DNA of 35,062 nucleotides from an uncultured Muribaculaceae bacterium (GTDB lineage Bacteria; Bacillota_I; Bacilli_A; RF39; UBA660): NCBI GenBank assembly GCA_964443805.1, contig CAYUEQ010000003.1, positions 1 to 35,062 of the forward strand, read 5' to 3'. Shown piece by piece: positions 26,140 to 35,049 of this stretch (position 1 is its first letter; each line of letters starts with the position of its first letter). The notes under the pieces were generated by a model. It saw only the letters and a program-made list of their open reading frames with translations, ran no database searches and was not told where the DNA came from. The position numbers and the translations under genes were made by a program.

Positions 26140-28155
26140 TTAGTAATAATTTATTCTGTCTTTTCTTTGCTTGTTATAAAGCATTATTTCTATTGATACT
26201 ATGATAGTGCCTAGAACTATAAAGAAATACACTATCATATCAAATGTTGACATATTTTCAATACTTGTTTTACTTACATCAACACCATCTTTTTCAATTG
26301 GGGTATCAGCATTACATACTTCTTGTGCTTTAACTTTCTGCGTTGTAGGTTTATAACAATAAGAATTATCTAAGTTATAACCTTCAGGACATTCATATCC
26401 TAAGAATTCACTGTTAGTTGTTTTATAACATTTGTTATCTTTTAATGTTGCATTAATATCTTCACAGTAGTATTTATCATCACTCTTAATTGATTTAGAA
26501 CATTTAGTGTTAACTCCACTTCCAGATTTATCATAATCTTTTGGACAAGAGTAATCTATTCTTCCTGGTTTTACAATAACATTAGTATATTGAACATCAT
26601 AACATGACATTGATGAACCACTACCAGATCTTGTATAACCACTTGGACAGTAGTAAGTAGTTTGACCACTAGATGCAGTAGCTTTTGTAGTAGTAGTAAC
26701 TTGACATGACATTGATGAACCACTACCTACTGAAGTTCCTTTAGGACAAGAATAGTTAGTAGAATAATGTCTACATACCATTGATGCTCCACTACCGATT
26801 TGTGTACCAGTCGGACAATAGTAGCTTGTAGAAGTAGTTCTACATTTCATTGTTGAACCACTACCAATTCTTGTAGTACCTGATGGACAACTATATGATG
26901 TAGTAGAAACTACATTTTTATAATGTCTACATAAAGTGCTGTATCTTGTTCCTGATGAACATGTATATTTATATGAAGAAGTTCTTCTATAAACAGTATA
27001 ATTATAATAATCTAAAGCTCCACCGCCACTAGTCATTCCTGTATAAACCATTTTCTCAGTAGTTTTAGTATAAGGACTTTGTGGATATGTAGTCTTTTTA
27101 GTTGTATATACATACCAACTTCCATAAGTGGTTGTTCTAGTAGCGTTAGTTGTTTTGTAACAGCGATTACCATCTCTAGTAGGATAACCACTTGGACATG
27201 ATGTAGTAGTTTTAGCAGTTGCATTTGTATCACTGTTTTTTTGTATTGCAGTAGCTTTTCTATCTGTATATGTTTGTGTTGCTGTAGCTTTTAAAGAATT
27301 AACTTTTGTACATGACATAGATGCGCCACTGCCACTTCTTTTATATCCGCTTGGACAGTTATAAACTGTATTGTTTGTCGATAATCTATTTGCATATAAG
27401 GTTATAAAACATTTAGTATTACCACCACTACCAGATTTACTATAACCTGTTGGACAACCATATTCATTTGAGCCAACTTTAACAGTGGGGTTAATATAAA
27501 CTGTATAGCTTCCGCCTCTGTTTACTTTAGCATCTTCTTTAATTTCTTTTTGTTCAGAATAATTTTTTGTTGCTTTTATTTTTTCCGAACCATTTTTATA
27601 ACAATCCGAACCATTTAACGTATACCCAGTTGGGCATGTTAGTTTACAAGTAGTAATAGGTTTTAATTCTACCTTACAATCTATATCTGTACATACGTTA
27701 TAACATCCGAATGTTTCTACAATAAAATCAGTTTCTCCACTGCACGATAATTGAACCTTTAATTCGTATTCGTTAGTGGAAATTTTTTTCATTTCAGCAA
27801 AACTGTTTGTATTGTCGCAAAAGTTACCAAATTCATCAGTAAATTTTAAAATCATTTTTTTATCTAACATTGTTTCTAATGTCAGTTTGGAAACCTCACC
27901 AATTTCATTTGGTAAACGATCAACAGTAAAGTAAGCTTTAGCAGCATCTTTAATTGTATCTAAGTTTTCTTTAAATGTTTTACTTGGTACTTTTTCAACA
28001 ACAGTAGTTTTATCTTTTGTTTCTTTTGTTTCTTTTTGATCAGGAATTAATTTAGGCACTAACCAAATTAATAATAGTAAAGCTAAGACTACGATTATAG
28101 CCTTAAGACCTAAACCTTTCCAATCAATATTCTTCCATTTTTTTTCTTCGTACAT
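26140..28155 (-). CDS. Doubly anchored (N- and C-terminal TM) envelope protein with about 12 short Cys-Cys loop repeats
   Basis: The N-terminal TM helix is LKAIIVVLALLLLIWLV and the C-terminal one is MIVYFFIVLGTIIVSIEIMLY, followed by NKQRKDR. Repeats include CPTGYTLNGSDC, CPTGYSKSGSGGNTKC, CPSGYKRSGSGASMSC, CPSGTTRIGSGSTMKC, CPTGTQIGSGASMVC, CPKGTSVGSGSSMSC, CPSGYTRSGSGSSMSC, CPKDYDKSGSGVNTKC and CPEGYNLDNSYC. The RBS is GGGGGAA. Confidence 0.8.
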   Translation of the reverse strand: MYEEKKWKNIDWKGLGLKAIIVVLALLLLIWLVPKLIPDQKETKETKDKTTVVEKVPSKTFKENLDTIKDAAKAYFTVDRLPNEIGEVSKLTLETMLDKKMILKFTDEFGNFCDNTNSFAEMKKISTNEYELKVQLSCSGETDFIVETFGCYNVCTDIDCKVELKPITTCKLTCPTGYTLNGSDCYKNGSEKIKATKNYSEQKEIKEDAKVNRGGSYTVYINPTVKVGSNEYGCPTGYSKSGSGGNTKCFITLYANRLSTNNTVYNCPSGYKRSGSGASMSCTKVNSLKATATQTYTDRKATAIQKNSDTNATAKTTTSCPSGYPTRDGNRCYKTTNATRTTTYGSWYVYTTKKTTYPQSPYTKTTEKMVYTGMTSGGGALDYYNYTVYRRTSSYKYTCSSGTRYSTLCRHYKNVVSTTSYSCPSGTTRIGSGSTMKCRTTSTSYYCPTGTQIGSGASMVCRHYSTNYSCPKGTSVGSGSSMSCQVTTTTKATASSGQTTYYCPSGYTRSGSGSSMSCYDVQYTNVIVKPGRIDYSCPKDYDKSGSGVNTKCSKSIKSDDKYYCEDINATLKDNKCYKTTNSEFLGYECPEGYNLDNSYCYKPTTQKVKAQEVCNADTPIEKDGVDVSKTSIENMSTFDMIVYFFIVLGTIIVSIEIMLYNKQRKDRINYY

Positions 28156-28177
28156 AATACTTTTCCCCCAATACTAT

Positions 28178-29698
28178 TTATTTTAATTTTAATGTTTTAG
28201 AATCATTAATTTGTTTATCTAATTGTTCATAAGCAACTTCACCAATACTGTCTTCATATACTGGTAAAGAACCTTTAACAAAATCTGAATATTGTTCAAT
28301 GAATGTTGCATAAGTTATTTTTAAATCAAAGTATTCAATTGTTTTAACTTCTAAATCTTCAACTGAAACTTTAAGTTTTCTTGCAAATTCTTCTTTGATT
28401 GCTTCATCCCAAGTACCTTCTATTTCTTCATCATCATGAGTAAATATTATATTTGCTGCTTCTTCTGCAGACATATTAAATACTGCTCTTAGTCTCATAT
28501 CAAAATAGTTTAAATAGTCATCATGAGGTATTGGATTTAAAACTTGTCTTATTAAATTTAAATGCTCTCCAGGTAAATTATTATAACCATGTACTTCTAA
28601 TTCTTCTTTATTATGATCATCAACTGCAAATAATTGTTCATATTCAATCATATCTGCTAAATCAAGACCTGCAATAAGAGGTGAAGCACTTAATATTAAT
28701 CTTCTACCTAAATATATACCAGTAGGAGTTAAATTATTTTTCGTAATAATTCCAAGTTCTGTTTGTTTACCATTTAATACATATACATCATAAAATATCC
28801 TTAGAATATTTAATGCATGTTCTCCATTTTTTTCATTTAAAACAGGATTCAATACAATCGCATTTATTTCTTGTTCTAGATTCTCTATTAATAATCTATC
28901 CATTGTATTAGGTTCAAAATGTTTTGATAAAAATATCTCAGTACCGATATTTCTATCTTCTTCAGTTAAACCAATTTTTTTATTTTCATCATTAGTTAAT
29001 GCATTCGCCGCATTTACAGTTTGTTTATTTAATATATCTCTAAAATAATTATAATAGTCATCTACATTTAAAGTTTCATCAAGTGGTGCAACATTATGAC
29101 TAATACGTGTCATATCTGCAATATATTCGATGCTATAATTAACATCTTCTAACTTATCAAAATCATTTTTAATGTCTGTTGCAATTTCTATTGCTTTTTC
29201 ATCATCAAATACATAAGTTTCTTCTACATGTTCTTCATTTTTATATTTTGGATAAACAGTTGGCTCAACTGTTTGTTCTAAAGTTGGTTGTTGTGTTTCT
29301 AAATCTTTAATAATTTTATCATTAGCTTTAGAATGCTTTCCAGCATGATAACATGCTAAAGCAATAACTCCTGCAGTAGTTAGTGCTAAAAATCTTTTAA
29401 GATATTTTCTTAATTTAATTGCTTGTAAATAATATTCGTCTATTAATTCAATATCTGCTACTGGTAAAGCATCAGTTTCAACATCAATTGTAACTTTTGA
29501 AATAAGTGATGAATTATAAATAGCATCAATTAATTCAGAAATAGTCATTTCTGAGTGTCCTTCTATATTATTTTCTTCAGCTAGCTTTTCTAATTCAGCT
29601 ACATTTTTATTAAACAACATTTCTTTTTCTTGTACTTGTAAATTATGTAAAGCTTCTTTAACTGTTTCCTTGAATTTAAAATCATTTTTTCTTGACAT
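28178..29698 (-). CDS. Single-pass membrane protein with an N-terminal Rho_N/HeH-like motif and a large extracytoplasmic domain of unknown function
   Basis: The start was moved to ATG 29698 (MSRKNDFKF), preceded by GGGGAG (reverse complement of 29708-13). VAELEKLAEENNIEGHSEMTISELIDAI fits the Rho_N/HeH pattern. The TM helix is FLALTTAGVIALACY. The C-terminal region is about 350 aa. Confidence 0.75.
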   Translation of the reverse strand: MSRKNDFKFKETVKEALHNLQVQEKEMLFNKNVAELEKLAEENNIEGHSEMTISELIDAIYNSSLISKVTIDVETDALPVADIELIDEYYLQAIKLRKYLKRFLALTTAGVIALACYHAGKHSKANDKIIKDLETQQPTLEQTVEPTVYPKYKNEEHVEETYVFDDEKAIEIATDIKNDFDKLEDVNYSIEYIADMTRISHNVAPLDETLNVDDYYNYFRDILNKQTVNAANALTNDENKKIGLTEEDRNIGTEIFLSKHFEPNTMDRLLIENLEQEINAIVLNPVLNEKNGEHALNILRIFYDVYVLNGKQTELGIITKNNLTPTGIYLGRRLILSASPLIAGLDLADMIEYEQLFAVDDHNKEELEVHGYNNLPGEHLNLIRQVLNPIPHDDYLNYFDMRLRAVFNMSAEEAANIIFTHDDEEIEGTWDEAIKEEFARKLKVSVEDLEVKTIEYFDLKITYATFIEQYSDFVKGSLPVYEDSIGEVAYEQLDKQINDSKTLKLK

Positions 29699-29872
29699 AC
29701 TACCAATCTCCCCTCGATTAATGGTGAATAGGATAACATAACATAATATTATAGTCAATAAAAACATGTTGTTTGTAAAAAGTGATATTATGACTGTTAA
29801 CAACATATTATTAGGGATTTATTTAGTTAAAAATTAATGCTATAGTTAATATATAAGAAAGAAGGTATTTTT

Positions 29873-30967
29873 ATGAAGAAAAACAAAAAAAACAAAAAAA
29901 TTAAATTAAAACTTACTAAAAAAATAAAAATAATAATAATTAGTTTGTTTATAATTATTATAATAGGTATAGGGGTTATTTATTATGGATATAAAAACGA
30001 TTGGTTTAGCAAAGAAACAAAAGATAAAATAAAAGAAATTATCGAAAAAAAACCAGTGAAAAAATTACAAGTGATCGATTTGGATAGTAAATCAAGACCA
30101 TATGCAGTTGTCATCGATAATGTAAAAGCAGCAAGACCTCAAGTAGGAACAAAAGATGCTTATTTAATATACGAAATGATTGTTGAAGGTGGTTTAACTA
30201 GAATGTTAGCATTATATAAAGATTCAAACGTTAAACAAATAGGACCAGTAAGAAGCGCACGACATTACTTTTTAGATTATGTCTTAGAAAATGATGCCAT
30301 ATTTGTTCACTTTGGTTGGAGTCCTCAAGCTGAAAACGATATTTCAAAATATAGAATCCAAAATTTAAATGGGCTATCAAATCCATCAAATATGTTCTGG
30401 CGTGATTCTAGTTTACATAGAGCACCTCACAATGCATACACGAGTTCAGCTAATATGTTAAAAGCGGCTGGAAATCGAAAATATAGAACAGATAGTACAG
30501 ATTTCAAATTATTAAATTATGTCATTGATGAATTTGATTTATTAAATAAATATCCTGAAGAAACTGAAACTCTACCAGCAACTGACGTAAGAGTTAATTA
30601 TTCTAAAAGTATATATAGTTCTTTTACTTATAATGAAGAAAAGAAAGTTTATTTAAAAAGTATTAATGGCGCCTCTCATGTTGATGCTGCTAAAAACGAA
30701 CAATTAGAATTCAAAAATATCATAGTAGTAACAGGTGTTGCAAACTATACAATTGATAGTGCAACTAATCGTCAAGATATTAAAAATATAGGTACAGGGA
30801 ATGGTTACTATATAACTAATGGTAAAGCTATTAAAATAACATGGACTAAGAACTCAAGAACTAAAAAAACAACATATAGCGATATAAATGGTAAAGAAAT
30901 AGAAATAAATGATGGTAAAACTTATATTAATATTCAACCTAAAGGACAAAAACTAACTATCAATTAA
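29873..30967 (+). CDS. DUF3048 (YerB-like) envelope protein
   Basis: The N-terminal anchor is IIIISLFIIIIIGIGVIYY. SRPYAVVIDNVKAARPQVGTKDAYLIYEMIVEGGLTRMLALY....IGPVRSARHYF matches the DUF3048 signature. Confidence 0.85.
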   Translation: MKKNKKNKKIKLKLTKKIKIIIISLFIIIIIGIGVIYYGYKNDWFSKETKDKIKEIIEKKPVKKLQVIDLDSKSRPYAVVIDNVKAARPQVGTKDAYLIYEMIVEGGLTRMLALYKDSNVKQIGPVRSARHYFLDYVLENDAIFVHFGWSPQAENDISKYRIQNLNGLSNPSNMFWRDSSLHRAPHNAYTSSANMLKAAGNRKYRTDSTDFKLLNYVIDEFDLLNKYPEETETLPATDVRVNYSKSIYSSFTYNEEKKVYLKSINGASHVDAAKNEQLEFKNIIVVTGVANYTIDSATNRQDIKNIGTGNGYYITNGKAIKITWTKNSRTKKTTYSDINGKEIEINDGKTYINIQPKGQKLTIN

Positions 30968-31031
30968 ATGAATAATAATGTATAATTGAACATATGATAC
31001 TGTAGATATATAAGAATAAAGGAGGAATAGT

Positions 31032-31376
31032 GTGGAATTTTTTAAAACGTTTTTAGTTAATAATTATTTATGGTTCTTAATTATTTCTTTAATACTAATT
31101 TTTGCTCTAATTGGATATTTAGCAGATACAAAGAAAAAAGAACAAATAGATAAAGAAGAAAAGGATGAAAAACCTAAAAAAGAAAAGAAAGTTAAAAAAA
31201 CAGATGAAGAAATATTTTTAGAAGAAAATGAAGCAGCATTAGAAAATATATCTTTAAACGAAGCAGTAACAGAAAAAAAGACAAGTAAAACTGAAGAAAA
31301 TGTTGAAATAACTGATGATAATGTAGTAACTTATGATGATTCAGCAATTAGTGATGATACAAATCATAAAGAATAA
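31032..31376 (+). CDS. Small membrane protein with a Lys/Glu-rich tail
   Basis: The GTG start lies 6 nt after GGAGG (31021-31025). The TM helix is LWFLIISLILIFALIGYL, followed by a KKEQIDKEEKDEKPKKEKK low-complexity stretch. Confidence 0.6.
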   Translation: MEFFKTFLVNNYLWFLIISLILIFALIGYLADTKKKEQIDKEEKDEKPKKEKKVKKTDEEIFLEENEAALENISLNEAVTEKKTSKTEENVEITDDNVVTYDDSAISDDTNHKE

Positions 31377-31380
31377 AAAC

Positions 31381-31410
31381 AAAAAGCCCTTTTAACAAAA
31401 GGCTTTTTTT
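31381..31410 (+). terminator. Intrinsic terminator
   Basis: aaaaagcc(c)tttt / aaaaggcttttt forms a stem with one bulged C and a 3-nt loop, followed by a T-run. Confidence 0.6.
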
Positions 31411-31418
31411 GTTATAAT
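31410..31418 (+). promoter_or_regulatory. Extended -10 element upstream of cdaA
   Basis: TGtTATAAT lies at 31410-31418, about 30 nt before ATG 31449. Confidence 0.45.
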
Positions 31419-31448
31419 GTATCTTATGAAGAGATAGGAGAATTAAGA

Positions 31449-32261
31449 ATGACTATAACATCAATTTGGAGTGTAATAACAAAAATAATTGATATATCGA
31501 TTGTATGGTTATTATTCTATTATTTATTAAAGAATTTCCGTAAAAATATAAGATTAGTTTTAATTATAAAGGGTATCGCTTGGATACTAGTGATAAAGCT
31601 TATTAGTAATATATTAAATTTATATACTGTAGGTTTGTTATTTGAGTATGTAATTACTTGGGGACCACTAGCGCTAATAATTATATTCCAACCAGAAATA
31701 AGAACTTTCTTAGAAACAATTGGGAGAACACAATTATTAGGAAGGCATAAAGCATTAACTGTTACTGAACGTGAACAAGTAGTTAGTAATATAATTTCTG
31801 CTTTTGAAAATCTTAAAAGAGAGAAGATAGGTGCTTTAATAGTAATTGAAAGAGATGTTTCATTACAAGAATATATTGCTCCCGCTACTAAAATATATGC
31901 CAATATATCATCACAACTATTAGAATCATTGTTTTTCCCTAACAGTACACTACACGATGGGGGAGTAATAGTTCAAGGTAATAAAATTACATGTGCTGGA
32001 GCAATATTTAAAACAAGTATGAATCCAGAAGTAAGTAAAAAACTAGGAACTAGACATAGAGCAGCACTTGGAATTGCTGAGGAGACAGATGCAATTGCTT
32101 TAGTAGTATCTGAAGAAACAGGACGTTTAAGTATTGCATATGATGGTGTTTTAAAATATAACATTTCAATTGACGAATTAAGAGATAAATTATTAGAGGA
32201 ATTAAAACCTAAAACTGAAATGTTCTATGAGGCAGATGAGGAGGATGAAGACGATGAGTAA
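31449..32261 (+). CDS. cdaA: Diadenylate cyclase CdaA (c-di-AMP synthase)
   Basis: Three N-terminal TM helices precede a DisA_N domain: GALIVIERD, TLHDGGVIV.GNKI.CAG, and LGTRHRAALGIAEETDAIALVVSEETG..S. Confidence 0.95.
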   Translation: MTITSIWSVITKIIDISIVWLLFYYLLKNFRKNIRLVLIIKGIAWILVIKLISNILNLYTVGLLFEYVITWGPLALIIIFQPEIRTFLETIGRTQLLGRHKALTVTEREQVVSNIISAFENLKREKIGALIVIERDVSLQEYIAPATKIYANISSQLLESLFFPNSTLHDGGVIVQGNKITCAGAIFKTSMNPEVSKKLGTRHRAALGIAEETDAIALVVSEETGRLSIAYDGVLKYNISIDELRDKLLEELKPKTEMFYEADEEDEDDE

Positions 32262-33618
32262 GATAGTAAAAGCTATTAAATCTTTTTCAAAAGCTATATA
32301 TAATGTAATAGATAGAATTATAGTTACACCAATAAGTACAGTAGTTGTGTTAGTAAGTAAAAAGTTAAAATCTAACTCAAATATTATAGAAAGAACATTA
32401 AATAAACAATCAACATTGATTTATTTATCACTTATATTTGCAGTGCTAGTATTTTTCTTAGTTGATAGTAAAGTTATATCTTTAGTTGAAACCGAAGCCG
32501 AAGTGATAAGCGAACAACCGGTTAAAGTTATATATAATGAAGAAGCCTATGTGGTTGAGGGGTTACCAGAAACTGTTGATATAACACTAATAGGAAGAAA
32601 AAGCGATTTATATCTTTCTAAACAATTAGGAGACCATGAAGTAACTATTGATTTAAGTGGTTTAGGTACTGGAGAACATAAAGTATACTTATCTTACGCA
32701 CAAGCGATAGATTCAATAAATTATAAACTAGATCCTTCTTATGTCTTAGTTATTATTAAAGAGAAAATAAGTACGATAAAAACAATTGGCTATGATTTAA
32801 TGAACCAAGATGCACTAGATCAAAAATTAAGTGTGGGAGATGTTACATTAGATCGAAGTGAAGTTGTTGTTAAAGGTTCTAAAGAATCATTAGAAAAAGT
32901 TGCAACAGTTAAAGCGATAATAGATTTAAGTAATGAAGAATTAAAAGAAGCTGGAACCTTTACTTTAGACAATTTAAAATTAATTGCATATGATGGCAAC
33001 GGTAAAACATTAAATAATATTGAAATAGTACCAAAAAATGTAAGTGCTAAAGTTACTCTAGATTCTTATTCTTCTGAAGTACCAGTTAAAATAATAACTA
33101 AGGGTTCTGCTACAGTTGGGACTGCAATAGCATCAATAAATAGCAATGTAAATAAGATAAGAATTTATGGGGACAAAGAAATGTTAGATAAAATTCAACA
33201 TATTCCTATAGAACTAGATATTGATGGATTAAACAATGATAAAACATTTAATGTTACTATTCTAAAACCTGCTGGAATTAGATTTATGAGTGAAACAACA
33301 GCATCAATTGATGTTAAAGTTGGTACTGAAAGTTCTGCAGAAATAGATAACATTGCTGTGGAACATAAAAACTTAGGTGGGGGTTATTCAGCCGGAGCAA
33401 CTAGTATTGGTGAAACTAATGTAACCGTAATTGTTAAAGGAGTAACAGGAGTCTTAAATGAATTAAAAGAAAACCCTACAGGTATTAAAGCTTATGTTGA
33501 TTTAAGTGATTATGGAATTGGAACGCATAGTGTACCAGTTATTGTTGAAGGAGACGATCCGAGATTACAATTTGTATCTAAAACTAAAACAATCAATATT
33601 GTAATATCAGCTAAATAA
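32254..33618 (+). CDS. cdaR: CdaA regulatory protein CdaR (YbbR-domain repeats)
   Basis: It lies immediately downstream of cdaA and overlaps it by 8 nt. It has one N-terminal TM helix and repeated YbbR-like beta-rich modules of about 90 aa. The start was taken as ATG 32254 (MSKIVKAIK), after GAGGAGGA. Confidence 0.85.
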   Translation: MSKIVKAIKSFSKAIYNVIDRIIVTPISTVVVLVSKKLKSNSNIIERTLNKQSTLIYLSLIFAVLVFFLVDSKVISLVETEAEVISEQPVKVIYNEEAYVVEGLPETVDITLIGRKSDLYLSKQLGDHEVTIDLSGLGTGEHKVYLSYAQAIDSINYKLDPSYVLVIIKEKISTIKTIGYDLMNQDALDQKLSVGDVTLDRSEVVVKGSKESLEKVATVKAIIDLSNEELKEAGTFTLDNLKLIAYDGNGKTLNNIEIVPKNVSAKVTLDSYSSEVPVKIITKGSATVGTAIASINSNVNKIRIYGDKEMLDKIQHIPIELDIDGLNNDKTFNVTILKPAGIRFMSETTASIDVKVGTESSAEIDNIAVEHKNLGGGYSAGATSIGETNVTVIVKGVTGVLNELKENPTGIKAYVDLSDYGIGTHSVPVIVEGDDPRLQFVSKTKTINIVISAK

Positions 33619-33630
33619 ATAGAAACATAA

Positions 33631-33657
33631 AAAAAATTATCGATTTGATAATTTTTT
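33631..33657. terminator. AT-rich bidirectional hairpin between the convergent cdaR and the DUF378 gene
   Basis: aaaaaattatc / gataatttttt forms a perfect 11-bp stem with a 5-nt loop. Confidence 0.5.
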
Positions 33658-33857
33658 TATTCCTCGGTCCACTCTTTAAATAATAGACCTGAATTGATTA
33701 AAGCTGATATTGCTATAATAGAATAAGTTAATTTAGTTAATACTGTGTCTACTCCAAACAATACTGTTACTAAATTAGTATCTAATAAACCTACCAACCC
33801 CCAATTAAATGCTCCTATTATTGTGAAAACTAAGCATATTTTATGGAATGTATTCAT
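33657..33857 (-). CDS. DUF378 family small membrane protein
   Basis: IIGAFNWGLVGLL..NLV..LFG matches the DUF378 signature (GalNWGLvG). The product has two TM helices, and the RBS is GTGAGGT. Confidence 0.85.
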   Translation of the reverse strand: MNTFHKICLVFTIIGAFNWGLVGLLDTNLVTVLFGVDTVLTKLTYSIIAISALINSGLLFKEWTEE

Positions 33858-33960
33858 AACCTCACTCTTTCTTATTTATATTATGGATACTTTTTTTTAA
33901 TTTATTCATGAATATTTAATAAAATCGACCAATATACTTAATTAGAAAAGGGGAAGATGT

Positions 33961-35049
33961 ATGAAAAAATTATTGTGCTTACTGGTAATGATGTTAATGT
34001 TGGTTGGTTGTGGTGCAACTAAGTCAGAAAATGTAATCAATGATTTTAAAAAAGATGTAACAAAATCAAAAGCATATTTAATAAAAGGATCAATGAAATT
34101 AATTAATGATGAAGATACATTCACATATGATATTGAAGCTGCTTATAAAAAAGATGATTTATATCGTGTTAGTTTAATTAACAAAATTAATAACCATGAA
34201 CAAATAATTTTAAAAAATGAATCCGGAGTGTATGTAATAACTCCTAGTTTAAATAAAAGCTTTAAATTCCAAAGTGATTGGCCGAATAATAGTTCACAAG
34301 CCTATTTATTATCGACTTTAGTCAATGATTTAGAAGTTACTACTGAACCAAAGTTAGAACAAAAAAATAAAAAGTACATAGTTACAGCAGATGTCGATTA
34401 TCCTAACAATCCCAGCTTAAAGTATGAAAAAATTTACTTTAGTAAAGATATGGTTCCAGAAAAAGTAGAAGTATATAGTGAAGATGATAATTTAAAAATA
34501 GAAGTAGTATTTAAATCTATTGATTATAAAGCAACTTTTAAAGACAATTATTTTGAATTAGATAGTAACTTAGATGAAGATTGTTGTAAAGAAGAAATAA
34601 AAGAAGAAAAAAATGAAGAAACAACAAAAGAAGAAGACTTAGATGATGATTTAACTGAAGAAAATAAAAAGAAAAATGAAAAAACAGAAGAGACAGCTGA
34701 AATAAATGATATTATCTATCCATTATATATACCTACAAACACATATCTATCAACAAAAGATGTTATTAATGTTGATTCAGGTCAAAGAGCAATACTAACG
34801 TTTAGTGGAGATAAATCATTTATACTAGTCCAAGAACCAGTATCGATACCAGATGAATTTGAAATTATTCCAGTATATGGAGAACCTTATTTATTAAATG
34901 ACAGTTATGGAGCTCTATCTGCTAATTCATTAACATGGATTACCAACAATAAAGAATACTATCTATCTAGTAATAAATTAACAAGTGAAGAAATATTAAA
35001 TATAGCAAGTTCGTTATCAAATAATAATACAGAATTAGTTAGTAAATAA
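33961..35049 (+). CDS. Lipoprotein with a LolA-like N-terminal domain and a DUF4367-like C-terminal domain
   Basis: The lipobox is LMLVGC/G. An acidic Glu/Lys-rich linker follows. The C-terminal region YPLYIPTNTYL...ILTFSGDKSFILVQE...LTWITNNKEYYLSSNKLTSEEILNIASSL fits the DUF4367 pattern. Confidence 0.75.
   Translation: MKKLLCLLVMMLMLVGCGATKSENVINDFKKDVTKSKAYLIKGSMKLINDEDTFTYDIEAAYKKDDLYRVSLINKINNHEQIILKNESGVYVITPSLNKSFKFQSDWPNNSSQAYLLSTLVNDLEVTTEPKLEQKNKKYIVTADVDYPNNPSLKYEKIYFSKDMVPEKVEVYSEDDNLKIEVVFKSIDYKATFKDNYFELDSNLDEDCCKEEIKEEKNEETTKEEDLDDDLTEENKKKNEKTEETAEINDIIYPLYIPTNTYLSTKDVINVDSGQRAILTFSGDKSFILVQEPVSIPDEFEIIPVYGEPYLLNDSYGALSANSLTWITNNKEYYLSSNKLTSEEILNIASSLSNNNTELVSK

Noticed and set aside
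29766-29806. An 8-bp perfect inverted repeat, ATGTTGTT ... AACAACAT, in the divergent intergenic region between the HeH-protein operon and the DUF3048 gene.
   Set aside because: The arms are short and separated by a 25-nt spacer, which is plausible by chance at this base composition. I could not pair it with a convincing promoter, so it is noted only as a place to look if transcription starts are mapped.
1752-32253. ORF-track N-terminal extensions: rpsJ 1752, rpsC 5257, rplP 5897, rpmC 6348, rpsQ 6553, map 12381, pheS 22709, pheT 23713, cdaR 32227, and the 29806 start of the HeH protein.
   Set aside because: In each case a downstream ATG is preceded by a GGAGG-type RBS at proper spacing and restores the canonical N-terminus. 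The extensions run through the upstream gene, the RBS or the T-box terminator.
20095-34124. Other shadow ORFs: 20095-20286(-), 22311-22493(-), 24110-24343(-), 24546-24932(-), 27033-27233(-), 31520-31903(-), 31973-32164(-) and 33942-34124(-).
   Set aside because: They are embedded antisense in the better-supported genes (dockerin protein, rbr, pheT, Cys-loop protein, cdaA, lipoprotein). None has an independent signal.
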